Source of the DNA: Takakia lepidozioides
Lineage: Eukaryota > Plantae > Bryophyta
DNA length: 64,000 bases
Direction of reading: 5' to 3'
Assembly (NCBI GenBank): GCA_030704615.1
Contig: CM060732.1
Span: forward strand, 27,652,001 to 27,716,000
Shown here: one piece after another, positions 52,721 through 64,000 of the stretch
Position numbering within the stretch: the first letter of the stretch is position 1
Layout: every line of letters starts with the position of its first letter
The notes under the pieces: generated by a model
The model's database searches: none
What the model saw: only the letters and a program-made list of their open reading frames with translations
Told to the model about the DNA's origin: nothing
Translations under genes and position numbers: made by a program

Positions 52721-53699
52721 TCTTGGCTCCTTGGCTCCTTGATGCTCTCTAAGACAAGACCAAGCACTCCACAGCCTTTGCCAAGCTCCTGAAACCCTAA
52801 GGCTTACATTTCCAGCCACAAGACACTTCTCTTGTGGTGCAAGAACTCTTCTTCTAAGCTCTGAAACCCTAGGTGCACATTCCATGGCCTTGCCGCACCT
52901 CTTAGCTCCTGTTCCAGCCCTGCTCTTGCCATGACAAGAGCTCTCTCAATGCTGAAGCTCGAGATTGAAACCCAATCTCACCATACTCCACAAAGTGCAC
53001 TGATTTGCCCCAAGCCAAATCAGCCCTTTCGCTTGGTCTTGCAATCCTTCACACAATGAAAGCTCGCATTCCCAAGTCCAGTTCTCAGCTTTGCTACCAA
53101 AGCCACTATAACCTACTCTTGACTGGTCCTCTTCCCAATCGTGCTTGCTCGTGCATGTACACAATCTGAAACCATCAAGGTGCTCTGGAATTACCTGCAG
53201 TATGGTGCTTTCATCTCTGAAGCTGAAGATTGAATGCCAAGGTTTACCACCTCGTAACCCACATCGCCTCCGCTTCTAACAACCAAGAGCTCCACGGTGC
53301 TCCTTACATAACAACTTGGTTTCTCTCATTCTCAAGCAAAAACCACAAGTGCTACAACTAACTCGTATCTAGCACTCATAGATACGAGCTGATCTTTCTC
53401 GAGTGATAAAGAAGAAGAATACAAGCACAAGCTCATGCGAGCTCACAAAGCTGAAGCATAAACTCATGCATATATAACCTCATCACTCAAATACAAGTCA
53501 AGCCAAGTGCATCCCACGCCATGGGGAATCCACACTACGGCGCCATAGCTAGGCGCGGTGAGGCTCAACTCGAGAAAGATGAGCCTTCCGCGCTTGTCGT
53601 GAAGATAACCACTCCAGGGCCTAAATCTGCCTTGACCCTTGGATTGACACTTGGGCCAATCCCAAATGTCAATATGTAAAAGCTAGCTATTTCCTAGCT

Positions 53700-56600
53700 A
53701 GTTTCACACTAGTGGTAAAATAACTTGACAAGGCCCGTGAGAGGGCAAAAGAACAGGCGAGACACAAGGCTAGCCAGGAGGCAAGAGAAAAGGCCACTGA
53801 TGAGGCCAGGGGTGACGACATGACACCTCTCATAAGCGAGGGTCGCACAGAGAAGCTGGATCCCTCCAAGACACCAGAAAAAGGCAGTAGCGCACCGGCT
53901 GCATCCTTACCGGTGACACCATCACGGGTGGGAGCAGCCCTCACAGTCACCCATACAGTGGAGACTGGAGGAGGGGAAAGAACACCACAAAGAGCCCGGA
54001 TTGTGGGAGTTTGAGGTGAAGCCGCGGAGAGGGTAGTAGAGACGGGGAGAGTGGTGGAGGTGCTTCCACCGGTGGTTGACCATGTTGAGGAGGTTGACAG
54101 GGAGCTTTCTGACCAGGATGACATCCTCCCGGACATCCCCAGACCCCAAACCCACAGCATACAGGCTGGATTTGGCGGTCCTGGTGGCCTGCCGGAGAAC
54201 CCCTCTGCAGCAGACGTCATGTCGGAGGCGGATATGAAGTTGGCCGCTGCCAAGTTGTTGGAGGCAACCCACAACAACATTGGCAGGGTGCTGGGGGGCA
54301 TGGTGTACCCAGCCAAGCTTCGAATTCCCCTTTGCCGCTTGGTGTCATTGTAGGTGGTGAGACCTGCCCTCCCAGGCGATATCGACAAGCTGAAATTCTC
54401 TTTCCGGGAGGGATATCGAATGGGGTCTGCCGCATTTTACGTTTCCATTGAAAACGACCACGGAGCTTCCGGTGCCCACACTTCTGATGAGGTGGACAAA
54501 TGAGGTCCCCATTGGCAAAGGCGAAATGAGGAGTTCGAGAGATCGATTGCTACTGATCCTCTTTTCCAGCACTTGTCCGGAAAGATGTTTTACGTGTGGG
54601 ACGACAATCATCGCCTCCTGGCATGGATGGAGTACATAGCCGAAGCCCACCCCAACGACCTGGATTGGCATTTCGCCGTGGAGTGTGTTGTGCTGAAGGT
54701 TGCGGGGCCCAAAGATCGCAGTCTTCTCAAAGCTGCAATGGCGGACATCAACTCGTAAGTTACAACGCCTCTTGCTTTTGGACTTTCAATTTGTAAGTCA
54801 TTTCATTGCAAATCCTCATATATGTTGCAAATTCCCATTTCAGTATTGTTTGATGGGAATGTGGCATTGCAGGGTGACTGAGAATGCCTTCATTGCCACC
54901 AACTTGTCCCATATGCTCTTCCGAGTGAAGGATGTCGGGAAGCAGGGGGTGTGCAAGAGTTTGCCAATTCGCTGAGTGCCGACCTCCTGCGCAAGTCGGA
55001 GGCAAAGGCAGACAGAACCTGGTATAGGCTGAGCGTGGACGCCATGGTGGACTACATATTTCGGGTAAAGCTCTTACTATTTTGTTTAGCTAATCTGTCT
55101 TTAGTCCCCCAAAAGAAAAGAAAAATGTTGACCGGGATTTCTAATCTTATGTGCGCATTCTTGACAGACAAAAATTCAGCATGATTTGGCACATGCGCGG
55201 AGGTTCTACATGGAGTCAGTGGAGAAGAAACTAACCCTCCCGGCACTGGAATCGTATCTCAAAGCTGCGGAGGCGAAGGCCTGCATAAAGTACAAGTCGC
55301 AGATGGTAAAGTACGTGGCCATAGCTGATCCCGCCCTTGGTGCCGACTTTCTGGTGGAGGTGGGGAAGCACTACTCCCGCGCTCTGAAGCCCACGATGAC
55401 ATTGGAGAAGCTCCATCATCTAGCCACATCCTGTGTGGATGCAACAGAAAAGGTGATACATTCTTAACCAAATTGTTGTGGCAACAACTCGTTTTTGTGG
55501 TGTTTGGTGCTTACTAATATGCTAGGTGGTTGGACAGACCTGGTGGGTCCAAATCTGGAATGGTTCCCAAAGTACAAGGGACATGTGGAGCTTCCCCAAA
55601 CCCGACAAACTGTCTGACCCCACATTCGACATGTGGATGAACCGCATGACATGGTGGTTTCAGGTACTTCCCCACGCTTCATTTGGCGCTTCTACTCTTG
55701 TAGGGGGTGGATTTATTGTATTTTTTGAGGAAAGCGATCTGATGGAGAATCCCCACAGGTGACGACGAATGCACAAGAGCAGCTGGACACACAAGCACAT
55801 CAGTTCAAGCTGGAGATTTCTGGTGCAGCAGAGAGCCTACACGACTATGTGATGAGGTACTTTGTGCTGTACAAAACCGACCTATTCTTTCGAGAGATAC
55901 CCCATGCCCGCCGAAGCCACGAGTTCACCGACCAGCCGAACGCTGACAAAGCAGCAATGCACCTTCTGTACAGGTACATACGCGATGCCTTCCTTTCAAG
56001 TCCTTACATTTCAGGATGTTAGAGGCCTCATCTGGCGCATGAAAATTACTTGTGAAGAAGTCCTTGGAAAAATGGCGCAGAATTTACAGTTAAGGGTTCC
56101 CAAAATGGCCAAGTCCCTAGGGTGGCTGGCACCGAAAACCTAAATTCGGCGCCATTTTTCCAGTTGCAGGCCCAGTCAGTTCTGGGACTTAGCCATTTCC
56201 GGGCCAGACCTGGGAAAATGGCGCCAAATTTCCAGTTCAGGGCTCCCAAAATGACTAAGTCCCTAGGGTGGCTAGCACCAAAAGCCGAAATTCGGCGACA
56301 TTTTTCCATTTCCAGGCCCACTCAGTTCTAGGACTTAGCCATTTTCATAAATGGCGCCGAATTTCCAGTTCATGCTCCCAAAATGGCTAAGACCCTAGGG
56401 TGGCTGGCACCGAAACCAAAATTTGGCGCCATTTTTCCGGTTCCAGGCCCAGTCAGTTTTGGGACTTAGCCATTTTGGGCCCAAAACTTGGAAAATGGCG
56501 CCGAATTTCAAGTTCAAGTCCCTAGGGTGGTTGGCACCGAAAACCGAAATTCGGTTCCATTTTTTCGGTTCCAGGCCGAGTCAGTTCCGCCCCAACCTAG

Positions 56601-59018
56601 GAAAATGGTGCCGAATTTTCAGTTCAGGGACCTCATTCTGTGTTTTTCATGAATGCAGGTACTGCAAGTTCTCCCTTTTGGAGAAAGGTCATCTATCCTT
56701 TGAGCCACCATTCTTCCTGGCATGGAGGAACCCTAAGGGCTGACTCCATGTACACTGACGTTATTGTGAAGGAGTGGCATCTGGAACATTTGCGTGATTG
56801 CCCTTGGTATGTGGACCTTCCGCCCGGCTCGCTCGACCCATCCGAGTTTCAATTGAAGCTGGATGCTGAGGCCCGACAAAACCGGGCTCCGCTGTCTCTG
56901 CTGGGTCCAAAGGAGGCAAAAGCGCTTGTGAACTCCAGGAAAGCGGCAGAGCTTGCTCAGGCAAGAATTCAGGAGAAATTGAATGAGAAGAATAAAGGCC
57001 AAAAGAAAAAGACACGGAAACAGGGGAGTACAGTAACCCCCAAAAAACAGAAAACCATCGGGGCACCGGAGGAGGCGCAGGAGGGGACCCAAGGAAGTGA
57101 CTCCGACGACAACCTTGTTCAAGGTCCTGCGACTACTGCTCCTGCTACCAAGTTACCGGTCGTCCGGGTTCCCAAGTCAGTTCGGAGTGGGACTGGCTCT
57201 GCCAAGAAGTTGGCATTTGAGGGCGAGCCTACACGGCGGTATTCAGCGGTGACGTTTACGCACAGGCCAAAGCTAGAACCCCCAACCATCATCCAATGCA
57301 TCAATGAGAGCTTCCTTGACGCTCTGGCTGCCAGGGCGAAGAAGGTGGCACACAGCAAGTCTCTGGAGGAGCAGAAGGGGAAAGCCAAGAAGAGGGCTGC
57401 CGGTACAGAGCCTAAAGACACCCCTGGTTTGGAAGCCATGATGGAATTCTTCACGGCTGTGAGCACGGATTGCAAGAGCACTTGGGGGGGGGGGGGGTTG
57501 AGGTGGAGAGAGCTTGCGATATGATTCTCCTTGACATTCCAGATGGGGAGCTTCTGGAGGGCGTGGATGGTGTGCCCACCTGGAACAGGTTTACTGAGGA
57601 CTACTGGAAAGCCGGGTTTGGGCTGGCGGGGATGCTCCTGGATGACGGTGGATGTGTGGTTGTCCTTGCCTCAAGAGGGAAGACCACAGAGAATGTTGTG
57701 GCAAGATAGACACTGAAAAGTGTCACCCCGGTCCTCCTCAAAAAATGGTTCTGCATCAATACACAGGGGTGCGAACAGAGGGCCAAAGTGTAAGTTATCA
57801 ATCTATTGCATTCACCTCATATTGTGGTGTATCTAAACTAGATCCCGGAGTTGATCCCTCTTTTGTTGGATGTGCAGACATTGGTGTTTGAGGCATATTG
57901 CTTTGTGAAGAGAGGGTCTACGTTCAAATTCTGCAACGACGGTCGTCTTGTTGATGTCGCTGTGGACCGTGTTACCTACGATGTCCTCTACAACTATGTG
58001 CCCCACTCCAGTATGCCGAAGGACACAAAGGCAGGCAAATCGTGGCGGTACAGCCGGACCCGGAGCCTTGCTTTCATCCAAACCCTCATGGAGACGTGCT
58101 CGGATGTCCAAGGGCAGATTCTTGACCTCACATGCGGCACATGTAAGCCTTCATGTGCTCAGTTTGTCCCCTGGCCCGATTGCAATTTGCATGCCGCAAG
58201 CTATTAACCGCCCGCTTTGTTCCTCAGGTGCTTCAATGTGGCAGGGACGTTGTCCGACAGGCATGTGTTCGCCTTTGAGCCAGATACTGCCCTCCACAAC
58301 TCGGAACTTGCAGCGGCTGAACGTCTGCCGAAAGAGGAAGAGGCATCCTTGGAGGATGAGGAAAAATCCGAGAAGGAGCAAGGGGAGGAAAAAGTTGGGT
58401 TCAAGGCCGAGGAGCCCCCGGTTTACGAGTGAGTGGTCGCATTGTAAGTTGCCTCCTGATATCGTGAGGCACCTCCCTTCGCTCTCTTATTTCATTGAAA
58501 GACCCTTTCTGCTTGTGCTGGTATTAACATTCTTGAAGTGGATTTGTTCTTACTGTAGGATGCCAAGTACTGCAGGAGGGACGTCTACACCGGAGTTCAT
58601 GGGCAGGAGGAACGTGCCTTTTTTTGCCAGGGGGGATTTCATGCCTAGTCCAGAAAGGGACTACATCCTTCCTACTTATGCTGCCCGGCTTGCTTCGGTG
58701 TCCATTAGGAGGTCGTCCGAACCTAGTCGTGTACAGCAGATTTTAGACGAGGCAAGCCTCAAGAAAATGAAGATGAGGGAGGAGGCAGCAGCTATTAGAG
58801 CCCGTCGGGCTCGTAGATTTGTCTTGGATTTTGCTGAGGAAAGTGGGGGAGAAGAGGCAGAAGATTCCCAGGAGGTGAGGTGGACAGTCCCCCAAGGAGA
58901 GGACGGAATTTTTGAGAGGCATAGTGCAACCGATGCATCACAGAGCTCGGAGGATGGGGGGGATGAGGGGGATGAGGAAGAAGGAGGGGCAAGTTCCTCG
59001 GAGGGTGTAGTAGAGTAG
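53700..59018 (+). pseudogene. ParB-MTase gene copy C (most complete; ~9 exons): ParB/Srx-like domain, unknown middle domain, Lys-rich linker, beta-class amino-MTase-like domain, acidic tail
   Basis: Inferred exons: ..54754, 54873-55064, ~55181-55452, 55526-55663, 55759-55973, 56659-57788, 57878-58142, 58229-58428, 58559-59018, with GT-AG sites shared with copies A and B. Motifs FYVWD(D/G)NHRLLAW, DMILLDIPDG, and AFIQTLMETCSDVQGQILDLTCGT..RHVFAFEPD. Several stops and frameshifts. Confidence 0.8.
56068..56625 (+). repeat. Intronic hairpin array of copy C
   Basis: Same ~145-bp family as 37500-38350, with fewer and more degenerate units. Confidence 0.88.
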
Positions 59019-59114
59019 TTCCCATTCCTGCTATGACAGTTAGGACACACTTGTATAGACGTGGCTTGCCACCAAATTTGCAATAAAATGTTGCATTTCA
59101 TTGCTATGACGAGT

Positions 59115-59227
59115 CCACATGACCCTATTTCCGTGCCTCCTAACCCTATTTCCGTGGACACACAATGGCCCGCTCATGTTTTTTTTTTCCCGCTCATGCT
59201 CATGCTGCTCATGAAATAGCAGCCCCC
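59115..59227 (-). mobile_element. Transposon terminus (TIR-like) of copy C
   Basis: GCTCATGAAATAGCAGCCCCC is the reverse complement of the 40071 terminus and abuts the kinase ORF. Confidence 0.8.
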
Positions 59228-60403
59228 AGCAGTACCGCAATGTCGGGATTGCAGAAGTACTCCCAGCTGATACAAATCTGACTGGGGAGTGTAGTGGCCG
59301 TCCTCCAACATGGCCTTGCTCCAATCAGCAAAAGGCTGAAATCCTTCTGGCAATTTGAATGGAGATTCAGCTACCGTTTCAAGGTCTATGAGCATGAACC
59401 CCTCCGCTGAAACCTGCACAATATTGGGCAACCGGATATCCCTATGGACGAGGTTTACCGCATGCAGGACAGACAAAGCCTTTAACACGTCCCGAGCCAA
59501 CAGCTTCATATCGTTCTCCGACCTCAACATCGGGGAGTAGCCCAGCGGACTGATCTCAATATTATAAGTACCTCTACGATCCATTTCAGGCTCTGAAATT
59601 ACCTCCGGAATAGAAGGGACCCCTCGTGCAACATTGTAGGCCTGCCAAACCAGTTCAAAAGTGGTCATTTTCTCAATACAATACCTTGGGAAGTTCCTTA
59701 TTGCCTTCCGAACACTGCTCGGCTGAAAATATATCGTCCTATCCCCACATTCTTCTTCAGAAAACATTGCCCGCCGGCCTGGCACTTCCGGGATTGACTC
59801 CACCATCTTCTTCATGATCTCATAGGCATTGCCAAGGCTGAGTAACAACAAGAGGCGGTCATAAAGGTTCGAGACATTAAGACATGGCTTGATTTGAAAT
59901 GCCCTCTTTCCATCCTTGTCGATGTAAACCCATTGGAAGGCTGTGCCTGCTGCGATATAGCCGAGAATGAATTGAACCTCCCCATAAAACGTCGGACTAA
60001 GTGGCATCATCTTTCTCAAAATATCCTCTTCAGCAGCAGCTATGCCGGCCAGCTTGTCCTCACCAACCAGAAAAGTGCATCCATAGGCAATTCCAATCAT
60101 GTCAAGCCTCAACTGTTTTCCAATAGTTTTGGTGCTAGAAGTACATGTCTTCCTTTCACTAGTATTGAACAAAAGCTGGGCATTCAAAGCAGGCAGGCAG
60201 AACCGGTCATACAAAGAGAATACCATCTTAAAACAAAATCCCAAAAATATGGATACGTCCTGCTCTGATACTGGAGGGACAACATTGGCAAGCAACAATC
60301 CTGATAGCTTCAGAGGGAGCTCTGAATCATTTGCCTCCACGATCAAGTCCCATGCCTGAGAGGGCAACTCCTGTCGGAGTCTCAAGTAGGTAATTTTGGA
60401 CAC
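59228..60403 (-). CDS. Crinkler-like REase-fold + protein kinase domain protein, truncated at both ends
   Basis: VHRDIRLPNIV, LIDLE and SDLYQLG kinase motifs. Upstream LRLDMI..FLVGEDK resembles the CRN REase RPD..GEEK motif. The 3' end runs into the transposon terminus. Confidence 0.65.
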
Positions 60404-60420
60404 AGGAAGCTTTCCGTGAT

Positions 60421-60835
60421 TGTAAACATCAGGAAGAATACCAAATCATGGTACTAGCAGGAGCCGAGAGCCCATATTTGTAGGATGGACCAACTTCTTC
60501 ACATCGTACATTAAGAAAAAACCACACCTTCCGATTGCGGTTGTCCCACCATCGTGAAGGATCTTTCAAAAACTCATGCCAGCTCTGCTCCGTGTTGCAA
60601 ATGCAGGGCTGAGTCTGATGAGAGGGCAAAACAGGCTGAAATAGGTCGAAGAAGAAGGTGCCCTCACCACATTGTCCTCGACCTTGTGTCTTGACCAATG
60701 GAGGATTCGACTGACCATGAACCCAAGACGACCTCTTGTGTGTGCTGTTTGTGTCTATAGTCAGGTAATGTCGGATAGGTCTATGAGAGCGGCCATGGTG
60801 CATTTGAGCAGGTAGAGATTGAAACACGGCCTGCT
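60421..60835 (-). pseudogene. Further copy of the PDF-motif gene fragment
   Basis: Highly similar to 240-660; EQSWHEFLKDPSRWWDNRNRK. Confidence 0.6.
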
Positions 60836-61099
60836 ATCGCGATGCTTTGGCACTAAGAAGACGCAGACCCCAAAATATACTAAGTCCCAGCCCTGCACTC
60901 TGCGACCTAGCAACCCTAAATTTGAGCCAATTTTTTGAATTTTTTGCACCCTAACAATATATAAAATGATTCTATATTCCATGTTATTATGTGAAGGTAT
61001 TTTTAGCTTTATTGTGTGTGTATATATATATATATTCACTCTCAAAGTCATATCATTTGCAGCCATTAGATGCACTTGCATCCAACACACCACACTATT

Positions 61100-61418
61100 T
61101 CAACCACGCGAGCAATGATATGTAGACAGGTCGTCATTTGCAGTCACAACCTCGTTCTATTACATCCATTTATCTTTGTATTTTCCACATAAACACTCAT
61201 TGGGCAACCAGCAATCGCCACGAGCAGTCGTGAATACTGGCAATCATACATTCCCATGGCCACGTCATCCTATTGCAGTTTTGGCCATGACTCCTAGTCA
61301 TATCTACAACTTCTAGTGGTCACAATCGGCAACCAGGATTGCCCCCTTGCATTTTGTAGACATATATGCTATGACTGGGCACATGTGGCAGACGTTAAAG
61401 CCGGGATTTGTTGTAGTG
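61100..61418. mobile_element. CACTA element right end
   Basis: Ends ATTTGTTGTAGTG (CACTACAACAAAT). The last ~50 bp align with 1793-1842. Confidence 0.65.
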
Positions 61419-62379
61419 GCAGTGCACCTATTTCCGCGGACTGTACCTATTTCTGCGGAATGAAACTCGATTGTCACCCCTTCGTTTGTCCACCTTTATC
61501 ATCCAGAAAGGTTCCGTTACCATCCACATTTAGGATGGATGTGAAATTAGGAGAGAAATATAAGTGGGCATCATGCAAGGTTGCATACATACTATTACAG
61601 GTGAACTTGCACGATCACAGAACTTCAACGCTTACTCACTCTGGGAAGACGGTCTGCCTCTGTGTAAATACGGACGGACTATTTGTTGCTTCACATTCCT
61701 CACAAGGGATGTGAAGCGAAAAGGGAGTCCGCATGTGCACAGATGCTGGCCTTGTTCTGCAACCTTGTCAATAACCCATGCACAGAAGCTCAGAGGCTTG
61801 ATGAGGCAAGAAGATCTCAGTACGAAGCCATTGGTTTCTACTCCAATCAATCAGAAAGTCACGGTTCCTCATCTGCACACAAGCTTTTTCTTGGGGCAGA
61901 AGCCTTTTCTCACCACACGAGCGGCAAAGATTCTTGACAAGCCAAAGGACACCATTTGGGAAAGTGAACAACAATAGCAGGAGGAGTCTTGTAGTGGCAG
62001 GAGGAGCCTTTACAGTGGAACGTCCAGGTGTCGAACGAGGTATAGGGTAGAGGAGACCTCCTCATGTTTGTGGAAGGTACAGGGTTCATGGTTTGATAGA
62101 TTGTTGCCATCCTACCAGGTGTTATTTTACTAGAGGAGGGTGTGAACGCTTGTCAAATGGCACAACTGGCATGCACCAGTTGTCGGTAGGTTCGACATCG
62201 AATGAACGCCTACATCACGTGGTCGAAGATAAAATCAAGCATCGTGGTTGTGGTGGGCCAGTGAATCTCCTCACCGGACAACCTACGAATGATCATAATA
62301 GTCTTGGGGGGGTCAAGTTTGGGGAGATGGAGCGTGATTGCATGTTTGGGCATGGAGCTTAAACTACCCTGCAAGAACG

Positions 62380-62660
62380 CTACTGAGCGGTGGTCAAACA
62401 ATCGGCATAGAGACCATTCTGCAAAGCGGAATCCTCAACCTCCCACCTGCTACAACCATGTGGTTGATTACAAGTTGCGAGTTCACTTTCTGGTTCCCCA
62501 TCACCTGCGCGGCCTTGGTTTTGTAGTATGCATCCTCCACATCTTCCTCCATGTCCTCCATCTGGACCTCCTCCGTCTCTACAGGTGGGTTTTCGACAAC
62601 CACTCTCTGCATCTTTTCCTGCAATGTTTCAACAGAGGGGTCAGTACCTGGACTGTAGAG
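62380..62660 (-). pseudogene. Fragment of a third ParB-gene paralog (family 3)
   Basis: HMVVAGGRLRIPLCRMVSMPIV*PPL matches DMLVSGGRLDIPLCRMISMPVVRPPL (9370) and AKLRIPLCRLVSL (54312). Confidence 0.7.
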
Positions 62661-62661
62661 A

Positions 62662-63276
62662 TGGTGTGCGGTGCCGCACACCACTTTCTTACATTGTTGT
62701 GAACCCCCAAATAGCAGCCTCCATTGCTACCCTTCTAGTCAAAGCCCACATTCAGATGGAGCTTAAACGGTGTGTGGCACCGCAGACCGTTTCTGAAGTA
62801 TTCTTCTCTACCCCCTTCAACACTCCATGTAACCTTCTCTATGAGCTTGATGGGGTCCCAAATTTGGTGTTTTTCAATGGGCAGAAAGGCCGACTCTTTG
62901 CTAATTTTTGTCTAGGCTGGTCGTTGATTTTCCACCTCGGTCATTGTTCTAAAAAAAAATTAATATGTTCTGTTTTGCATTGGGAAGTGGTGTGCGTTGC
63001 TGCACACCGTCTAAAGCCCCATCACTCCTCTGTCCCCCCCACCCTCCCAGAATTATTATTATTATTATTTTCCCCTGGTTGATTGGAAAAACGGTGTGCG
63101 TCAACGCACACCATCCTACCTAACCCCATTTCCAGATGCTTCGAAGCACACAATTTTCTGCTATGTATGCAATCCCTTTCAACTACCCTCCATGCTTTCT
63201 GTTGTTGTATGAAGGGACCTGAAAAAAAAGCCTCTTGGGTGGGGCAGAAACGGTGTGCTTCAAAACACACCATTTT
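62662..63276. repeat. Dispersed 20-bp palindrome GGTGTGCG-N4-CGCACACC
   Basis: Copies at 62662-62683, 62765-62792, 62989-63008, 63093-63112, 63248-63276, and a partial at 63137. Confidence 0.8.
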
Positions 63277-63300
63277 TGCTATGTATGCAATCCCTCTCAA

Positions 63301-63445
63301 GGGGGGCTGCTATTTCATGAGCCATGAGCCATGAGCGGCATGAGCCATGAGCAGAGTCGTAAGTGTGGAAAAAAACATGAGCATCACTATTTTCCGGAAA
63401 TGAGTGTCCGCGGGAATAGGGTTTAGGGTGCCACGGTCATAGGGG
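63301..63445 (+). mobile_element. Transposon terminus (TIR-like), related subfamily
   Basis: GGGGGGCTGCTATTTCATGAGC, CATGAGC repeats and CGGGAATAGGGTTTAGG. It interrupts a local repeat after ...CTCTCAA. Confidence 0.8.
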
Positions 63446-63764
63446 GAGAAGGACCTCCCGATGAAGGAGGTTCGGCAATGTTATTTAGAATTATATATTG
63501 AAAGGCAATGTTTCGCGAATGGTAGGGTGGTACTGCTCTGTACAATGGGGGCCCATTTCAGCCTACCAGCCACTTGCAAAATCCACCCACACTCCCAATC
63601 CCAAACGAAATGAGCAATGACGCATTCTGGGAACGATGGACACAGAATAGAATAGAAAGAGGGCACAATGAGGTTTTTATTGATCCACATGAATTGCATT
63701 TGAAGCACGTCTACTGTGCTGATTGTGCAATCAAATCTTTAGCCCTGTGCCTACTGAATACAAG

Positions 63765-64000
63765 TCACGTTGTCAATGGGACTTCGACTGCTCTCAGAAC
63801 TAGCTCATGAGTCATGGGGCTCCTCCATGTAAAGTCGATTGCAGCCGTTGTACCGCCCCTAGTGATGTTCACCACAATGTCCTGCCCTTCAATCATACCA
63901 CCATCGAATATGGAAATCTTCACGTTTTCGTCGTCCACACCAATGCGAATGTCCCCATACAATGGAGAAGAGGAGCGCACTCCTTCAGGAGAATAGGTCT
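63765..64000 (-). CDS. 3' end of an unknown protein homologous to 15334-15900 (runs off the window)
   Basis: Protein-level similarity as noted above; ends ~460 bp from the 63301 terminus. Confidence 0.55.
   Translation of the reverse strand, partial: TYSPEGVRSSSPLYGDIRIGVDDENVKISIFDGGMIEGQDIVVNITRGGTTAAIDFTWRSPMTHELVLRAVEVPLTT

Larger units (their letters stand above)
45628..53671 (-). mobile_element. Ty3/gypsy retrotransposon with gag-protease-DNMT3-RT-RNase H; 3' end rearranged
   Basis: Gag with CWTCGGPHVKKDC and CGHCGKHGHGEAQC; protease LLDSGA; C5-MTase; RT 46421-47353; RNase H 45630-46414. The right boundary (putative LTR starting TGACA at 53671) is tentative. Confidence 0.85.

Noticed and set aside
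52920-53560. Candidate PBS and LTR boundary for the DNMT3-gypsy (TGGCAAGAGC at ~52931, TGGCGCCGT at ~53547)
   Set aside because: There is no second LTR to define boundaries, and neither candidate can be matched confidently to a tRNA.
40060-59240. A single freshly inserted 19-kb transposon
   Set aside because: There is no TSD, and the two flanks belong to different genes (copy A and the kinase).
61460-62370. Several short ORFs on both strands
   Set aside because: No recognisable motifs or internal homologs; left unannotated.

Overview
Eukaryotic, transposon-dense DNA with GT-AG spliced genes. A PPR E/E+ fragment and chromoviruses point to a land plant, probably a bryophyte-grade lineage (inference). 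No intact host gene is evident. Contents: (i) two near-full-length chromodomain Ty3/gypsy LTR elements in opposite orientation (20794-27714, 29790-36751); (ii) a Ty3/gypsy family with a DNMT3-like C5 cytosine methyltransferase between protease and RT (45199-53671, plus a 5'-truncated relative at 10533-13680); (iii) two Mutator-like (GCM/WRKY-like finger + DDE, one with SWIM) transposase genes; (iv) three copies (A, B, C) of a multi-exon gene fusing a ParB/Srx-like domain to a beta-class amino-methyltransferase-like domain, plus two divergent paralog remnants; (v) a shared DNA-transposon terminus GGGGGCTGCTATTTCATGAGC; (vi) three different 20-24 bp palindromes, each repeated in or near a different ParB-gene paralog; (vii) two CACTA ends, a Crinkler-like REase+kinase gene and captured PPR/PDF-motif fragments. 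The best candidate for an undescribed system is a large Mutator-like transposon family carrying a ParB-MTase gene with family-specific parS-like palindrome arrays. All domain calls come from motif recognition by eye; no searches were run.
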